From: Erythrobacter sp.
GTDB taxonomy: Bacteria > Pseudomonadota > Alphaproteobacteria > Sphingomonadales > Sphingomonadaceae
Reading direction: 5' to 3'
DNA length: 64,000 nucleotides
Assembly: GCA_009993635.1 (NCBI GenBank)
Contig: JAACTC010000011.1
Span: 60,089-124,088 of the forward strand
The notes beneath the pieces were generated by a model. That model worked only from the letters and a program-made list of their open reading frames with translations, ran no database searches and was not told where the DNA came from. Positions 54,927-64,000 of the stretch are shown here, one piece after another; the first letter of the stretch is position 1; each line of letters opens with the position of its first letter. A program made the translations under genes and the position numbers.

Positions 54927-55837
54927 TGCTCGCCCGGCTGACGTCCGCGGGGCTGGCCCTGCTGCTTGCGATCTTCGCTGTGCCCGCCGCCGCACAGGGC
55001 GATGGGGGCGAGGCCAAGGCACGGTGGTGGGCCAGCCTTGAGGCCTGCAGCGAAACGAATCGCGCCGCATGCGACACGGCGGTGGAACTCGCCGCGCAGC
55101 TGTTCGAGCGCACCGATCGCGATGTCGCGACCACCTGGATGAAAGTCTGCATGGCCGGGGACCAGGATCGGTGCGAGATCGGCTATCGGCGGTTCAAGGA
55201 CACCAGCTTCGAAGGCGACGAGCACCCGATATCGCACATGTTCGCGCGGATATCGTGCTTTTCCGGCATGTATGACCTGTGCCGCCCGTGGGACGATTTC
55301 GACACCACGGACCGCGCGAAACGCGCAATGGTGATGGCCGACGTCTGCATGCAGGGTGCTTCGCCCAACACCTGCTATCAGGCGCTGGCCTTCTTCAAGA
55401 ACGAGAAGGGCTTCTTCAACGCGATCACCTACGATCTGTCTGCCACCTTATGCGAACGCTATGGCTCGGGCAGCGCGTGCCGTGTCTGGGCGCAGGCTCT
55501 GGAAGCAAACTGGGACCCGGTTCGGGCCTATGGCTACCACCGCAGGGCGTGCAACGCGGGCTTGCAGGAAAGCTGCCCCGATGCCGCGCGGCTGAAGAAG
55601 CGGGTGGATTACGAGAACGAAAAACGCTGGGCCGCGGAGAAGTCGCGCATGGAGCGCGAAGCCGCAGCCCAGCAAGCCGAAACCTGGCGCTCGCAGGCCT
55701 ATAATGCCGGCTACACCTCGCCCGGCCGGGTGCGACAGCCGACCACGCCCTTTGGCAGCTCGTCGCGCGATATCGCGAACTGGAGACGGTATGAAAAAAA
55801 CCTGTGCCTCGGCAACCCGGTCAACAAGTACTGCTGA
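54926..55837 (+). CDS. secreted Cys-rich repeat protein (Sel1/Hcp-like repeat pattern)
   Basis: Signal peptide ending in AVPAAAQ, with recurrent paired-Cys repeats (for example C..TA.ELA, CMAGDQDRC and CMQGASPNTC). Confidence 0.5.
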   Translation: MLARLTSAGLALLLAIFAVPAAAQGDGGEAKARWWASLEACSETNRAACDTAVELAAQLFERTDRDVATTWMKVCMAGDQDRCEIGYRRFKDTSFEGDEHPISHMFARISCFSGMYDLCRPWDDFDTTDRAKRAMVMADVCMQGASPNTCYQALAFFKNEKGFFNAITYDLSATLCERYGSGSACRVWAQALEANWDPVRAYGYHRRACNAGLQESCPDAARLKKRVDYENEKRWAAEKSRMEREAAAQQAETWRSQAYNAGYTSPGRVRQPTTPFGSSSRDIANWRRYEKNLCLGNPVNKYC

Positions 55838-55841
55838 GCGT

Positions 55842-56330
55842 GTGGCTTCGGCGGTGAAGGCGCGCTTCGTCCTGCTGGCGGCCTGCGCGGTCGCGCTTGG
55901 CGCGCCTTCTGGCGCGGCCGCACGCAATCTCTCGTCGGCCGATCCCTATGACGCGCGGGTAATTGCCGCCCATCGCTGCAACCAGGCCGCAGACAAGGGC
56001 GACTATGCGGAACGCCTGCTGGCCCAGTGCCGGACGGTGTACGAGGCGACGGTGAATTTCGAACGGTCGGTCCAGCAGCCAACGCGCGCGCAACGCAACA
56101 CGCTTGCCATTGCGAAGGGGCTGTCGATGATGACCCTCGCCGGGGGTTATGCGAAGATCGACGGCAAGATGACCGCGCGCGCGTGTCAGGCAATGGCGAC
56201 GCTCGACCAGGCATTGGCTGGGTACGATCCCGCGACGCCGACCGGAATCGAAATGCTCTACACCATGCTCGCGAAGACGCGCGACGTGGCCGTCCCGAAA
56301 TGCCGCGCAGGCGGGCATTGGCGCGGCTGA
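55842..56330 (+). CDS. secreted hypothetical protein (GTG start, uncertain)
   Basis: The signal-like segment is VKARFVLLAACAVALGAPSGAAA. Confidence 0.4.
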   Translation: MASAVKARFVLLAACAVALGAPSGAAARNLSSADPYDARVIAAHRCNQAADKGDYAERLLAQCRTVYEATVNFERSVQQPTRAQRNTLAIAKGLSMMTLAGGYAKIDGKMTARACQAMATLDQALAGYDPATPTGIEMLYTMLAKTRDVAVPKCRAGGHWRG

Positions 56331-56351
56331 TCGGTTAGCGCGGGGGAGCGG

Positions 56352-56894
56352 CTATTCTGCCGCTTCGCGCGGTTGCTCGGTCGCCCGGTCGGCATCGCCG
56401 GGCGTGCCTTCGCGCCGGTCCCGCCCTGCCTCGGGCAGGTTCTTGCGGGCGCACATATTGAGATCGGCGGGGCCCAGAATGCGTCCGTCATGCGCCAGGA
56501 TTGCGACCGGGCCGATCGGCATCCGGTCCCGATCGTCGACGATCACCGGGTCCATCCCCACCCCCTCGGTTCCGTATTTGAGGCCCCAGTGGCGCAGCGA
56601 AACCATCGCCGGCAGCAGATCGAAGCCCTTTTCGGTCAAGTGATATTCGACCCGGCGGCGATCCTGCGGGTCCTGGTGACGATCCAGAATACCGTGTTCG
56701 ACCAGCTTGCTAAGCCGGTTCGAAAGGATGTTGCGGGCAATACCCAGCTCGCTCAGGAATTCCTCGAAGTGGTGCACCCCGTTGAAGCTGGCGCGCAGGA
56801 TCATGAAGCTCCAGCGTTCGCCCATCACCTCCAGCGCAGCAGGCAGCCCGCAGGCGCTCAGCTCCTTCAGCGGTTCGCGAACGTCTGTACCCAT
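56352..56894 (-). CDS. HxlR-family winged-helix transcriptional regulator
   Basis: GERWSFMILRASFNGVHHFEEFLSELGIARNILSNRLSKLVEHGIL...YHLTEKG. Confidence 0.8.
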   Translation of the reverse strand: MGTDVREPLKELSACGLPAALEVMGERWSFMILRASFNGVHHFEEFLSELGIARNILSNRLSKLVEHGILDRHQDPQDRRRVEYHLTEKGFDLLPAMVSLRHWGLKYGTEGVGMDPVIVDDRDRMPIGPVAILAHDGRILGPADLNMCARKNLPEAGRDRREGTPGDADRATEQPREAAE

Positions 56895-57069
56895 GAAAAA
56901 CCTCTCCAGGCCCAGCAGCCTACTCCAATTGCCCAGCGTCACAAAATTGAAACTGAGTTTTTAGTTGCAACTTACAACCTAGTTAGATAGGTGGTGATTC
57001 GCAACCTAAACTCGATTCCCGATTTCGGGCCGAAGGTTGCCGCGACTGAAAGACCGCTAGGAGACCGCA

Positions 57070-57417
57070 ATGACCCTCTTCAAATCCTCGCTTCGCCAGG
57101 CCGCCATCGTCGGCGTTGCCGTGCTGACCAGCGCGCTGACCATCGGCACCGTAGCCAGCCCCACCCCCGCCTTCGCACAGTCGACCGTCTATTACCGCGC
57201 CACACTGGAAGCGCCGGTCGAGAAGCGCACCGAGGTAATCCGCGGCGGCACCTTCATCTGTGCGGACACCGTGTGTGTTGGCACCCGTGCAAAATCGCGC
57301 GGCGAACTCGTGTGCCAGCACCTGGCCCGTGAATTCGGAACCGTGACCGCGTTTTCGATCGACGGGAAAAAACTGGATGCTGACGCGCTCGCCACCTGCC
57401 GCGGCGACGACGCCTGA
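57070..57417 (+). CDS. small secreted protein, unknown function
   Basis: Signal peptide ending in PAFAQ. The mature domain has four Cys residues. Confidence 0.5.
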   Translation: MTLFKSSLRQAAIVGVAVLTSALTIGTVASPTPAFAQSTVYYRATLEAPVEKRTEVIRGGTFICADTVCVGTRAKSRGELVCQHLAREFGTVTAFSIDGKKLDADALATCRGDDA

Positions 57418-57466
57418 GCATTTACCGGGGCCATGCCCCGTTTCGGCCTCCCCCGGGCTGACATGC

Positions 57467-57505
57467 AAAAAGCCCTCCGCACGCTATGGTGCGGAGGGCT
57501 TTTTC
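57467..57505. terminator. bidirectional rho-independent terminator
   Basis: AAAAAGCCCTCCGCAC-GCTATG-GTGCGGAGGGCTTTTT lies between convergent genes. Confidence 0.75.
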
Positions 57506-57598
57506 ATATTCGTAGCGCACGCAACGAAGGGAGCGCAGGGCCACTGGCCCGCGCTCCTCAGGTCGTATCAGCGTGCGATGGTCGCAATCACAGGGCGA

Positions 57599-57724
57599 TC
57601 AGCCCTGGCGCGCCTTCATCCGCTTGTTGGTCTTGTTGATCACATAGGTCCGACCGCGACGGCGAATCACGCGGTTGTCGCGGTGACGGTTCTTGAGCGA
57701 CTTGAGGCTGTTGCGAATCTTCAT
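57599..57724 (-). CDS. rpmJ: 50S ribosomal protein L36
   Basis: [41 protein letters not shown] (41 aa). It lies inside the longer track ORF 57599..57811. Confidence 0.9.
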   Translation of the reverse strand: MKIRNSLKSLKNRHRDNRVIRRRGRTYVINKTNKRMKARQG

Positions 57725-57940
57725 GGTATTTTTCCTGAGAAAACCTGATGCTTGCAAAATAAATCGGCACCGGAAGGCGAGCCTCCGATGCCGGTAGCAT
57801 TGCAGGGTCATTTATGTTGCACGGGCGAAAAGTCAAGCTGTTCGCGCGGCTTCGGGGCACGGAACCGCACCCTCGCGCGTTCCTTACAGCAACACGCCTC
57901 CCGCACGCAGACGAACCGCACCAGCAGAAAGACTTCCCCC

Positions 57941-58552
57941 ATGAAGGCCCGCGCCCGTTTCGCCCTCATTGCCCTCCCCCTCGCGATTGCCGCGTGCAGC
58001 ACCGTGCGCCCGGCGGGGCCCATTGAGGTCACGCGATTCCTCGCGCCCGACGCACGCGCACAGCTGGGCGACAGGCAGCTAATGGTGGAAACCGCGCCCG
58101 GTTCGCCCGAGCAGGGGCTGGCGCTGGCACCCTACAAACAAGCCGTGGCCCAGGCTCTTGCGTCCTATGGCTACAGCGAGAACGCGCGGTCCACCGCACA
58201 GCAGATCGCCAGCGTCCGGGTAGAACGCAGCCAGCTAGAAGCGGACAGGCGCCGTAGCCCGGTCAGCGTCGGCGCAGGCGGATCGACCGGCCGCTATGGC
58301 AGCGGGCTGGGGGTCGGCGTGGGATTGAATCTGGGCGGCGGATCGGACAAGCGCGTGGTCACGCAAATGTCCGTCTCGCTGCGCGACAAGACCAGCGGCG
58401 AGGTTCTGTGGGAAGGCCGCGCACGGCTCGACGCGCCGACAAAATCGCCGCTGGCGCAGAACGGGCCGGCGGCCCAGGCGCTGGCAGACGCGCTGTTCAC
58501 CGGCTTTCCCGGGAATAATGGAGAAACAATCGAAGTGGAGGTCAATCCTTGA
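57941..58552 (+). CDS. DUF4136-like lipoprotein (paralogue of 9476..10141)
   Basis: [19 protein letters not shown] is a lipobox. The C-terminus reads [18 protein letters not shown]. Confidence 0.55.
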   Translation: MKARARFALIALPLAIAACSTVRPAGPIEVTRFLAPDARAQLGDRQLMVETAPGSPEQGLALAPYKQAVAQALASYGYSENARSTAQQIASVRVERSQLEADRRRSPVSVGAGGSTGRYGSGLGVGVGLNLGGGSDKRVVTQMSVSLRDKTSGEVLWEGRARLDAPTKSPLAQNGPAAQALADALFTGFPGNNGETIEVEVNP

Positions 58553-59688
58553 GCAACATCATCATCGACAGCCGATTCGACAGCGGCAGCATCGACGTGA
58601 TGACCGTCCATCAGGCCAGCGCGATGCTGCGACTGAAGAACGACAAAGACAGCGAATTCAAGCAGTGGTTCCATTTCCGCGTCGCAAATTGCGGCGGGCG
58701 CGAACTGGTGCTGAAAATCGTCGGCCTGAACGACAGCGCCTATCCCGCCGGCTGGCCGGACTATAACGCCTGCGTTTCGGAAGACCGTGATTTCTGGGGC
58801 CGCGCCGAATCGACCTTCGACAAGGACGAGGAAGGCGGCACGCTGACCATCCGTTACACGCCCGCGGGCGATCTGGTGTGGTTCGCCTATTTCGCCCCGT
58901 TCTCGATCGATCGGCATCACGATCTGATCGCCGAATGCGCCAGCGCCGAAGGCGTGTCGCACCGCCGGCTGGGCGAAACCTTCGACGGCCAGCCGCTCGA
59001 TTGCCTCGCCATGGGCGAAGGCGAGACGCAGGTTTGGCTCTATGCCCGCCAGCATCCCGGCGAAAGCATGGCCGAATGGTGGATGGAAGGCGCGCTGCAG
59101 GTGCTGTGCGATCCTTCGGACACGCTGGGCCGCGCGCTGCGCCAGAAATGCCGGTTCCATATCGTGCCCAATTGCAACCCCGATGGCAGCGCGCGCGGCC
59201 ACCTGCGCACCAATGCCAAGGGCGTCAATCTCAACCGCGAATGGGCCGAACCCAGCGCCGAACGTTCGCCCGAAGTGCTCGCCATCCGCAACGCGATGGA
59301 CGAAACCGGCGTGCATTTCGCGATGGACGTACACGGCGACGAGGCGATCGACGCGGTGTTCCTGGCAGGCTTCGAAGGCATTCCAAGCTGGAGCGACGAG
59401 CATGGCGATCGGTTCTATCGCTACCAGCGCATCCTCGAACGCCGCAGCCCCGATTTCCAGACCGCCAGGGGCTATCCCAAGTCCGCACCCGGCAAGGCCA
59501 ATCTGGCGATCAGCACAAATCAGGTGGCAGAACGCTACGCCGCCACCGCGATGACGCTGGAAATGCCGTTCAAGGACAATGCGGACTATCCCGACGACCT
59601 GCAGGGCTGGAGCCCCGACCGGTCCAAGATGCTGGCGCGCGAGTGCCTTGGCGCACTGCTCGAATGGCTGGACAGCGACGAGGGGTAA
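58549..59688 (+). CDS. M14-family zinc carboxypeptidase-like protein (cytosolic type)
   Basis: [15 protein letters not shown] carries the HxxE zinc motif. NPDG and DVHGDE are also present. Confidence 0.75.
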   Translation: MSNIIIDSRFDSGSIDVMTVHQASAMLRLKNDKDSEFKQWFHFRVANCGGRELVLKIVGLNDSAYPAGWPDYNACVSEDRDFWGRAESTFDKDEEGGTLTIRYTPAGDLVWFAYFAPFSIDRHHDLIAECASAEGVSHRRLGETFDGQPLDCLAMGEGETQVWLYARQHPGESMAEWWMEGALQVLCDPSDTLGRALRQKCRFHIVPNCNPDGSARGHLRTNAKGVNLNREWAEPSAERSPEVLAIRNAMDETGVHFAMDVHGDEAIDAVFLAGFEGIPSWSDEHGDRFYRYQRILERRSPDFQTARGYPKSAPGKANLAISTNQVAERYAATAMTLEMPFKDNADYPDDLQGWSPDRSKMLARECLGALLEWLDSDEG

Positions 59689-59698
59689 GACCGACTTT

Positions 59699-59725
59699 CT
59701 CCTCCCCCTTTTCGGGGGGGAGGAG
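59699..59725 (+). terminator. GC-rich hairpin after the carboxypeptidase gene (same CTCCCC/GGGGAG arm type as the REP-like elements)
   Basis: CTCCTCCCCC-TTTTC-GGGGGGGAGGAG. Confidence 0.5.
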
Positions 59726-59727
59726 CC

Positions 59728-60144
59728 TTAATCCAGGTGCGCCGGGCCGAAACCGTGCGGCAGCAGCTCGGACAGGCGCAATTCCAGCACCTCGTTTGCG
59801 CCCACGCACAGCACCAGCGGATCGGTCCCGCCCAGCTGCGCGATCTCGTTCAGCGTCTGGCGACAGCGGCCGCAAGGGGTGATCGGCGCATCGCCGCCCT
59901 TGCCCTTCGGCCCGACCACCGCGATCCGCTCCAGCCCGCCGCGCCGCCCCTCGGCCAACGCCTTCGAGACCGCGAGCGTTTCCGCGCACAGCGACAGGCC
60001 GTAGCTCGCATTCTCGATATTGGTGCCGGTGACGATGGCGCCGTCGGCAAAGCGCAGCGCCGCGCCCACCGGATAATCCGAATAGGGGGCGTAGGCATTG
60101 GCCGCGGCGTCGCGTGCCGCGGCAATCAGTTCTTCATCGCTCAT
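59728..60144 (-). CDS. cdd: cytidine deaminase
   Basis: CAETLAV is the CAE motif and PCGRCRQ is the PCGxCRQ motif. 138 aa. Confidence 0.87.
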   Translation of the reverse strand: MSDEELIAAARDAAANAYAPYSDYPVGAALRFADGAIVTGTNIENASYGLSLCAETLAVSKALAEGRRGGLERIAVVGPKGKGGDAPITPCGRCRQTLNEIAQLGGTDPLVLCVGANEVLELRLSELLPHGFGPAHLD

Positions 60145-60842
60145 GGTCTCACCACCACCCAGCCCAGCGCCATATCGCTGCCCGGTCCCCGATAGGATTC
60201 GTTTGCGGTCCATAGCAGCCACGGCCGGCCGCCATATTCCGGCTCCAGCCGCGTGCGGACCAGCCACAGGTTGCGCTCGATCCGCGCGGCGACGCCATGC
60301 ACGGCCTCGAAGTCGCGTGATTCCTTGAGGATCGCAGGCTTGCCCGCGTGCGCCTCGATCTGGTTGGCGAGGATCGTCAATTCGCTGCGCACCTGCCCGC
60401 TGGTGACCTTTTCCAGGCAATCCTCCCCCGAATCGACCAGCGCGATGGCCGGGGGCAGCAGCGTGCCGTCGCGCGGCACCATGGTGACGAAATTGGCCGA
60501 CTGGCCATCGGCGGGCACGCAGGGGTCGAACCGGTGGATCGCGCCCACCTCCAGCCCGGCCGCGCGCGCCTCTGCCAGATGCTGCGTGAAATCGCCCGCC
60601 TGCTCGCTTTCCCCGGCCGTCGCGGGAAGGTAGACGAAATCGGCCCCATCGCCCTTCAGCACGGTGAAATTGACCCGGCCTTCCACGCCCGTCAGGTCGA
60701 CGCCCTGTTCGGGAAACTCGCTTTCTGCCGGACGCCACGATTGCAGATCGAGATACAGCCAGAGCGCGGCGCCCAGCGGGGCCACGATCAGCACGGCGAG
60801 CAGCGCCTTGAGCCACAGCGGGCGGGGTGATCTTTTCGCCAT
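60141..60842 (-). CDS. glycoside hydrolase family 25-like (lysozyme) membrane-anchored protein
   Basis: An N-terminal TM helix is followed by GVDLTGVEGRVNFTVLKGDGADFVYLPATAGE...GLEVGAIHRF, the GH25 pattern. Confidence 0.6.
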   Translation of the reverse strand: MAKRSPRPLWLKALLAVLIVAPLGAALWLYLDLQSWRPAESEFPEQGVDLTGVEGRVNFTVLKGDGADFVYLPATAGESEQAGDFTQHLAEARAAGLEVGAIHRFDPCVPADGQSANFVTMVPRDGTLLPPAIALVDSGEDCLEKVTSGQVRSELTILANQIEAHAGKPAILKESRDFEAVHGVAARIERNLWLVRTRLEPEYGGRPWLLWTANESYRGPGSDMALGWVVVRP

Positions 60843-60844
60843 GC

Positions 60845-61327
60845 TCAGCCCCGGATGTGCAGGACGCAGATCAGCGTGAACAGCCGCCGCGCGGTGGCGA
60901 AATCGGTTTCGACCTTACCCTCCAGCCGCTCCACCAGCAGCTCGGCGGCGCGGTTGTGCACGCCCCTGCGGGCCATATCGATGGTTTCGATTTCCTGCGG
61001 CGTCGCCTTGCGGATCGCCTGGTAATAGCTGTCGCAGATGGCGAAATAGTCGCGGATCGACCGCCGGAAGCGCGCCAGCCCCAGCAGGATCGTTTCCAGC
61101 TGCGTGCCATCCGCGTCCGCAATATCGAGTGCCAGCCGGTCGTCGCGCACCGAAAGGCCCAGCGCGTACGGCCCGGTCGCGCCTTTTTCCGCGGAGCGGA
61201 CCGGCTTGAATGTGTTTTCCTCGATCAGGTCGAAGATCGCCACCCGCCGTTCCTGCTCCACATCGGCATTGCGCCAGAGGATCGTCGAATCGTCCAGATC
61301 GATTTTCGAGATGCGGTGGTCGGCCAT
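60845..61327 (-). CDS. UPF0262 family protein
   Basis: EQERRVAIFDLIEENTF...DYFAICDSYYQAI...IETIDMARRGVHN. Confidence 0.7.
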   Translation of the reverse strand: MADHRISKIDLDDSTILWRNADVEQERRVAIFDLIEENTFKPVRSAEKGATGPYALGLSVRDDRLALDIADADGTQLETILLGLARFRRSIRDYFAICDSYYQAIRKATPQEIETIDMARRGVHNRAAELLVERLEGKVETDFATARRLFTLICVLHIRG

Positions 61328-61482
61328 GTGTCCCGTGTTGCCTTCGCAGAAATTGGATGGCCCGGGCAAGGGCTCTGTGCAGCGGATGCGTCCGGCTTGT
61401 GCTCGCTATTCACAGGCCGGGGGCAAGACTCAAGGCGCGCGACCGCTTGCGGTAAGGCAGCGGTTCGCACATTGATCCCCCC

Positions 61483-63015
61483 ATGTCCGAAGACACTCTC
61501 TTGCTCAATCCGACCGTAACGAACACCGATTCCGGATCATCCGCTGAAGGCGGCCGCGCGCTGCCTTCCAATGTCGAGGCGGAGGCGGCGTTTCTGGGCG
61601 CGGTGCTGATCGACAATTCGGTGTACGAAGAACTGCCCAACCCGCTGCGGCCGGAGCATTTCTTCGTCCCCGCGCACCGCCTGATCATGGAACGCGTGCT
61701 GACCATGATGGAACGCGGAGCCACCGCCAGCCCGGTGACGCTCAAGCCCTATTTCGAAGGCAACGAGCATCTCGAACAACTGGGCGGGACCACCTATCTC
61801 GCGCGGCTGACGTCGGACGGGCACGGCCTGCTCGCCACCCGCCAGCTGGCCGAGCAGATTTACGACCTCGCGCTGCTGCGCGAACTGGTGACGGTGGGCC
61901 GCACGCTGGTGAGCGACGCGCTCGACACGTCCGAAACGGTCGAACCGCTCAAGCAGATCGAAACCGCCGAAAAGGCGCTGTTCGACATTGCCGAGGGCAC
62001 GAATGTCGGCAACGCGGCCAAATCCTTCGGCATGGCGGCCAAGGAGGCGCTGAAGCAGGCGCAGAGGGCGATGAATTCGGGGCGCGGCCTGTCGGGGCGC
62101 ACGACCGGGCTGCCGACGATCGACGAGAAGACCGCAGGCCTGCACGATTCGGACCTGATCATCCTCGCCGGGCGTCCGGGCATGGGCAAGACCTCGCTGG
62201 TCACCAACATCGCGTTCAACACCGCCTACGAACATCTGAAGCAGCAGCGCGATGGCGGGCCCGATTCGGGAGGCGCGCCGGTCGCCTTCTTCAGCCTGGA
62301 AATGAGCGCCGACCAGCTGGCCACCCGTATCCTCTCCGAACAGGCGGAGATTTCGTCGGAAGACTTGCGCTCGGGCGATATCGGCGGGGCCGCCGGTTTC
62401 CAGCGCCTGTCCGAGGCGAGCCAGCGGCTCGCCGATCTGCCGCTGTACATCGACGATACGCCCGCTCTGACCATCGACGGGCTGCTGATGCGCGCACGGC
62501 GCCTGAAGCGCAAAAAGGACATCGGGCTGGTCATCGTCGACTATCTGCAGCTGCTGCAGGGTTCGGCGCGCAGCAAGGACAACCGCGTCAACGAGATTTC
62601 CGAGATCAGCCGAGGGCTGAAGACGCTGGCAAAGGATCTCGGCGTTCCGGTGATCGCGCTGTCGCAGCTGAGCCGCGCGGTGGAGCAGCGCGAAGACAAG
62701 AAACCGCAATTGTCCGACCTGCGCGAATCGGGATCGATCGAACAGGACGCCGACATGGTGTGGTTCATCTATCGCGGCGAATATTACCACAACCAGGTCA
62801 AGCCGGAGACTCCGGACGATACCAGCACCGAGGATGCGAAGCTCAAGTACCAGCAATGGCAGGAAAAGCAGCTGGAGCTGGCGGGCAAGGCCACGCTGAT
62901 CGTCGCCAAGCAGCGCCACGGCTCCACCGGCAATGTGCGGCTGCACTTCCAGGGCGAGTACACCAAGTTCACCAGCCCCGCGTATCGCGACTACTCGGAC
63001 TACGGCGAAGACTAG
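61483..63015 (+). CDS. dnaB: replicative DNA helicase DnaB
   Basis: LPSNVEAEAAFLGAVLIDN is the DnaB N-terminal signature. Walker A is GRPGMGKTS. The motifs IVDYLQLL, LSQLSR and KQRHG are also present. Confidence 0.96.
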   Translation: MSEDTLLLNPTVTNTDSGSSAEGGRALPSNVEAEAAFLGAVLIDNSVYEELPNPLRPEHFFVPAHRLIMERVLTMMERGATASPVTLKPYFEGNEHLEQLGGTTYLARLTSDGHGLLATRQLAEQIYDLALLRELVTVGRTLVSDALDTSETVEPLKQIETAEKALFDIAEGTNVGNAAKSFGMAAKEALKQAQRAMNSGRGLSGRTTGLPTIDEKTAGLHDSDLIILAGRPGMGKTSLVTNIAFNTAYEHLKQQRDGGPDSGGAPVAFFSLEMSADQLATRILSEQAEISSEDLRSGDIGGAAGFQRLSEASQRLADLPLYIDDTPALTIDGLLMRARRLKRKKDIGLVIVDYLQLLQGSARSKDNRVNEISEISRGLKTLAKDLGVPVIALSQLSRAVEQREDKKPQLSDLRESGSIEQDADMVWFIYRGEYYHNQVKPETPDDTSTEDAKLKYQQWQEKQLELAGKATLIVAKQRHGSTGNVRLHFQGEYTKFTSPAYRDYSDYGED

Positions 63016-63118
63016 GCGGGCGCGCCTGCGGGCGCGGTTTATGTTGAAAAATGGCGCAGGCTCGCCTATACGGGGTGTCTGATCCCGAAATTACAGCCTG
63101 TATGGAGTGCCCTCAGCT

Positions 63119-63463
63119 ATGGCGCGCGTTACCGTTGAAGATTGCGTCGACAAGGTTCCCAACCGTTTCGATCTCGTGTTGCTGGCAGCCGAACGCGCCC
63201 GCGAGATCTCCGGCGGTGCCGAAATCACGCTGGATCGCGACCGCGACAAGAACCCGGTCGTCGCGCTGCGCGAAATTGCCGAGCAGACGGTGAAGCCCAA
63301 GGAACTCCACGAAAGCATGGTCACCAACCTGCAGAAGATCCTGCCGGACGATGATGACGAAGTGGATGAAATCGGCTCGCTCAGCCAGTCGGCCGAAGCC
63401 CTGCGGGTGACCGCTGCGACGCCGACCCGCTCGACCTCGGTCGGCGGCGATTACGACGGCTGA
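63119..63463 (+). CDS. rpoZ: DNA-directed RNA polymerase subunit omega
   Basis: [30 protein letters not shown]. Confidence 0.92.
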   Translation: MARVTVEDCVDKVPNRFDLVLLAAERAREISGGAEITLDRDRDKNPVVALREIAEQTVKPKELHESMVTNLQKILPDDDDEVDEIGSLSQSAEALRVTAATPTRSTSVGGDYDG

Positions 63464-63507
63464 TCTATCGCGGCTGATCGCGGACACGCGATCTCCAGTG
63501 AATACCG

Positions 63508-63546
63508 AAACGGGGCGGGCCTTCATAAGGCGCCGCCCCGTTTCCT
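63508..63546. terminator. hairpin terminator between the convergent rpoZ and DUF3072 genes
   Basis: AAACGGGGCGGGCC...GGCGCCGCCCCGTTTCC. Confidence 0.6.
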
Positions 63547-63588
63547 GTTTCTGGCTCCACTACGCAGCGGGCACTGCCCGCAGCGCGG

Positions 63589-63819
63589 TCAAGCGGCCCC
63601 GCGGCCCGTCTTTTCCTGCAAAGCGTCGATTCGAAGCGAGGCATCCGCCTTGGTCAACTCGGGATCGAAGGCTTCGGGCGTGCCCGCCTCCTCCGCCAGC
63701 GTCTTGAGATAGCTCGCCTGCGCGCCGGTCATCGCTTCGTCGCCCGTCGTCCAGTTCTCGGGGTCTTTCTCCGCATTCGATGTCGGCTCTGCCTTGGGGT
63801 GCTCGGTAATCTGGTCCAT
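63589..63819 (-). CDS. DUF3072-like small protein
   Basis: NWTTGDEAMTGAQASYLKTLAEEAG...LTKADASLRIDALQ. Confidence 0.6.
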   Translation of the reverse strand: MDQITEHPKAEPTSNAEKDPENWTTGDEAMTGAQASYLKTLAEEAGTPEAFDPELTKADASLRIDALQEKTGRGAA

Positions 63820-64000
63820 CGAAAGTCTCCTTTCTCCATCAACGCCTTATGTTCGCGATGTGTTCCAAGATGGGCACTGGCCATCGGCGGTTGCTGCGGT
63901 ATGGAATGGTGCAATGGCCGATCCCGACCCGTCCTCCCCCGCTCCGCCGGCTGCGCCCCCGCCAGCGCGCTGGAGCATGCCAGCCGCCTCGTTTGCCGAT

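Noticed and set aside
61537-62946. 469-aa ORF antisense to dnaB
   Set aside because: It is a shadow ORF opposite a certain dnaB call.
63914-64000. Possible start of a plus-strand gene (MADPDPSSPAPPAAPPPARW...) at the window edge
   Set aside because: The piece is too short and low in complexity (Pro/Ala-rich) to support a call.

Overview
This is a high-G+C alphaproteobacterial chromosome segment. Its gene content and order look Sphingomonadales-like. All homology calls below come from reading the supplied translations by eye. No searches were run.

Most of the window is conserved housekeeping DNA:
- the katG 3' end and a catalase
- mltA, secB, murJ, trpS
- dut-coaBC and ubiE-ubiB
- mutM, rpsT and dnaA
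- cobB, dapB, nth, dapE
- the rpmH-rnpA-yidD-yidC-yihA cluster
- rpmJ, cdd, dnaB, rpoZ

The outstanding feature is a 14,679-bp lower-G+C element at 34619..49297 that splits the comM/yifB Mg-chelatase-like ATPase gene.
- It is bounded by 27-bp imperfect terminal inverted repeats that match at 24 of 27 positions.
- It is flanked by an 8-bp direct duplication, GAGTTCCA.
- Removing the element plus one duplicate copy in silico restores an intact 511-codon comM ORF.
- Its only recognisable mobility gene is an IS1595-family DDE transposase.

The cargo is a co-directional minus-strand array of predicted anti-phage modules:
- Module 1 has a small HTH protein, an MmeI/PglX-like N6-adenine methyltransferase whose N-terminal nuclease motif looks degenerate, an SF2 DExH helicase and a T5orf172/GIY-YIG-like protein.
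- Module 2 is a canonical-looking Pycsar pair. It has a small class III nucleotidyl cyclase and an effector that combines a cNMP-binding domain with a CAP12-type TIR-like domain.
- Module 3 is non-canonical. It has a 530-aa protein with two fused cyclase-homology domains (the N-terminal one degenerate), a 257-aa protein with no recognisable domain and a PycTM/DUF5706-like membrane effector.

I saw no rRNA genes, tRNA genes or CRISPR arrays. Many long ORFs in the six-frame track are antisense or alternate-frame shadows typical of high-G+C DNA, and they were not called.
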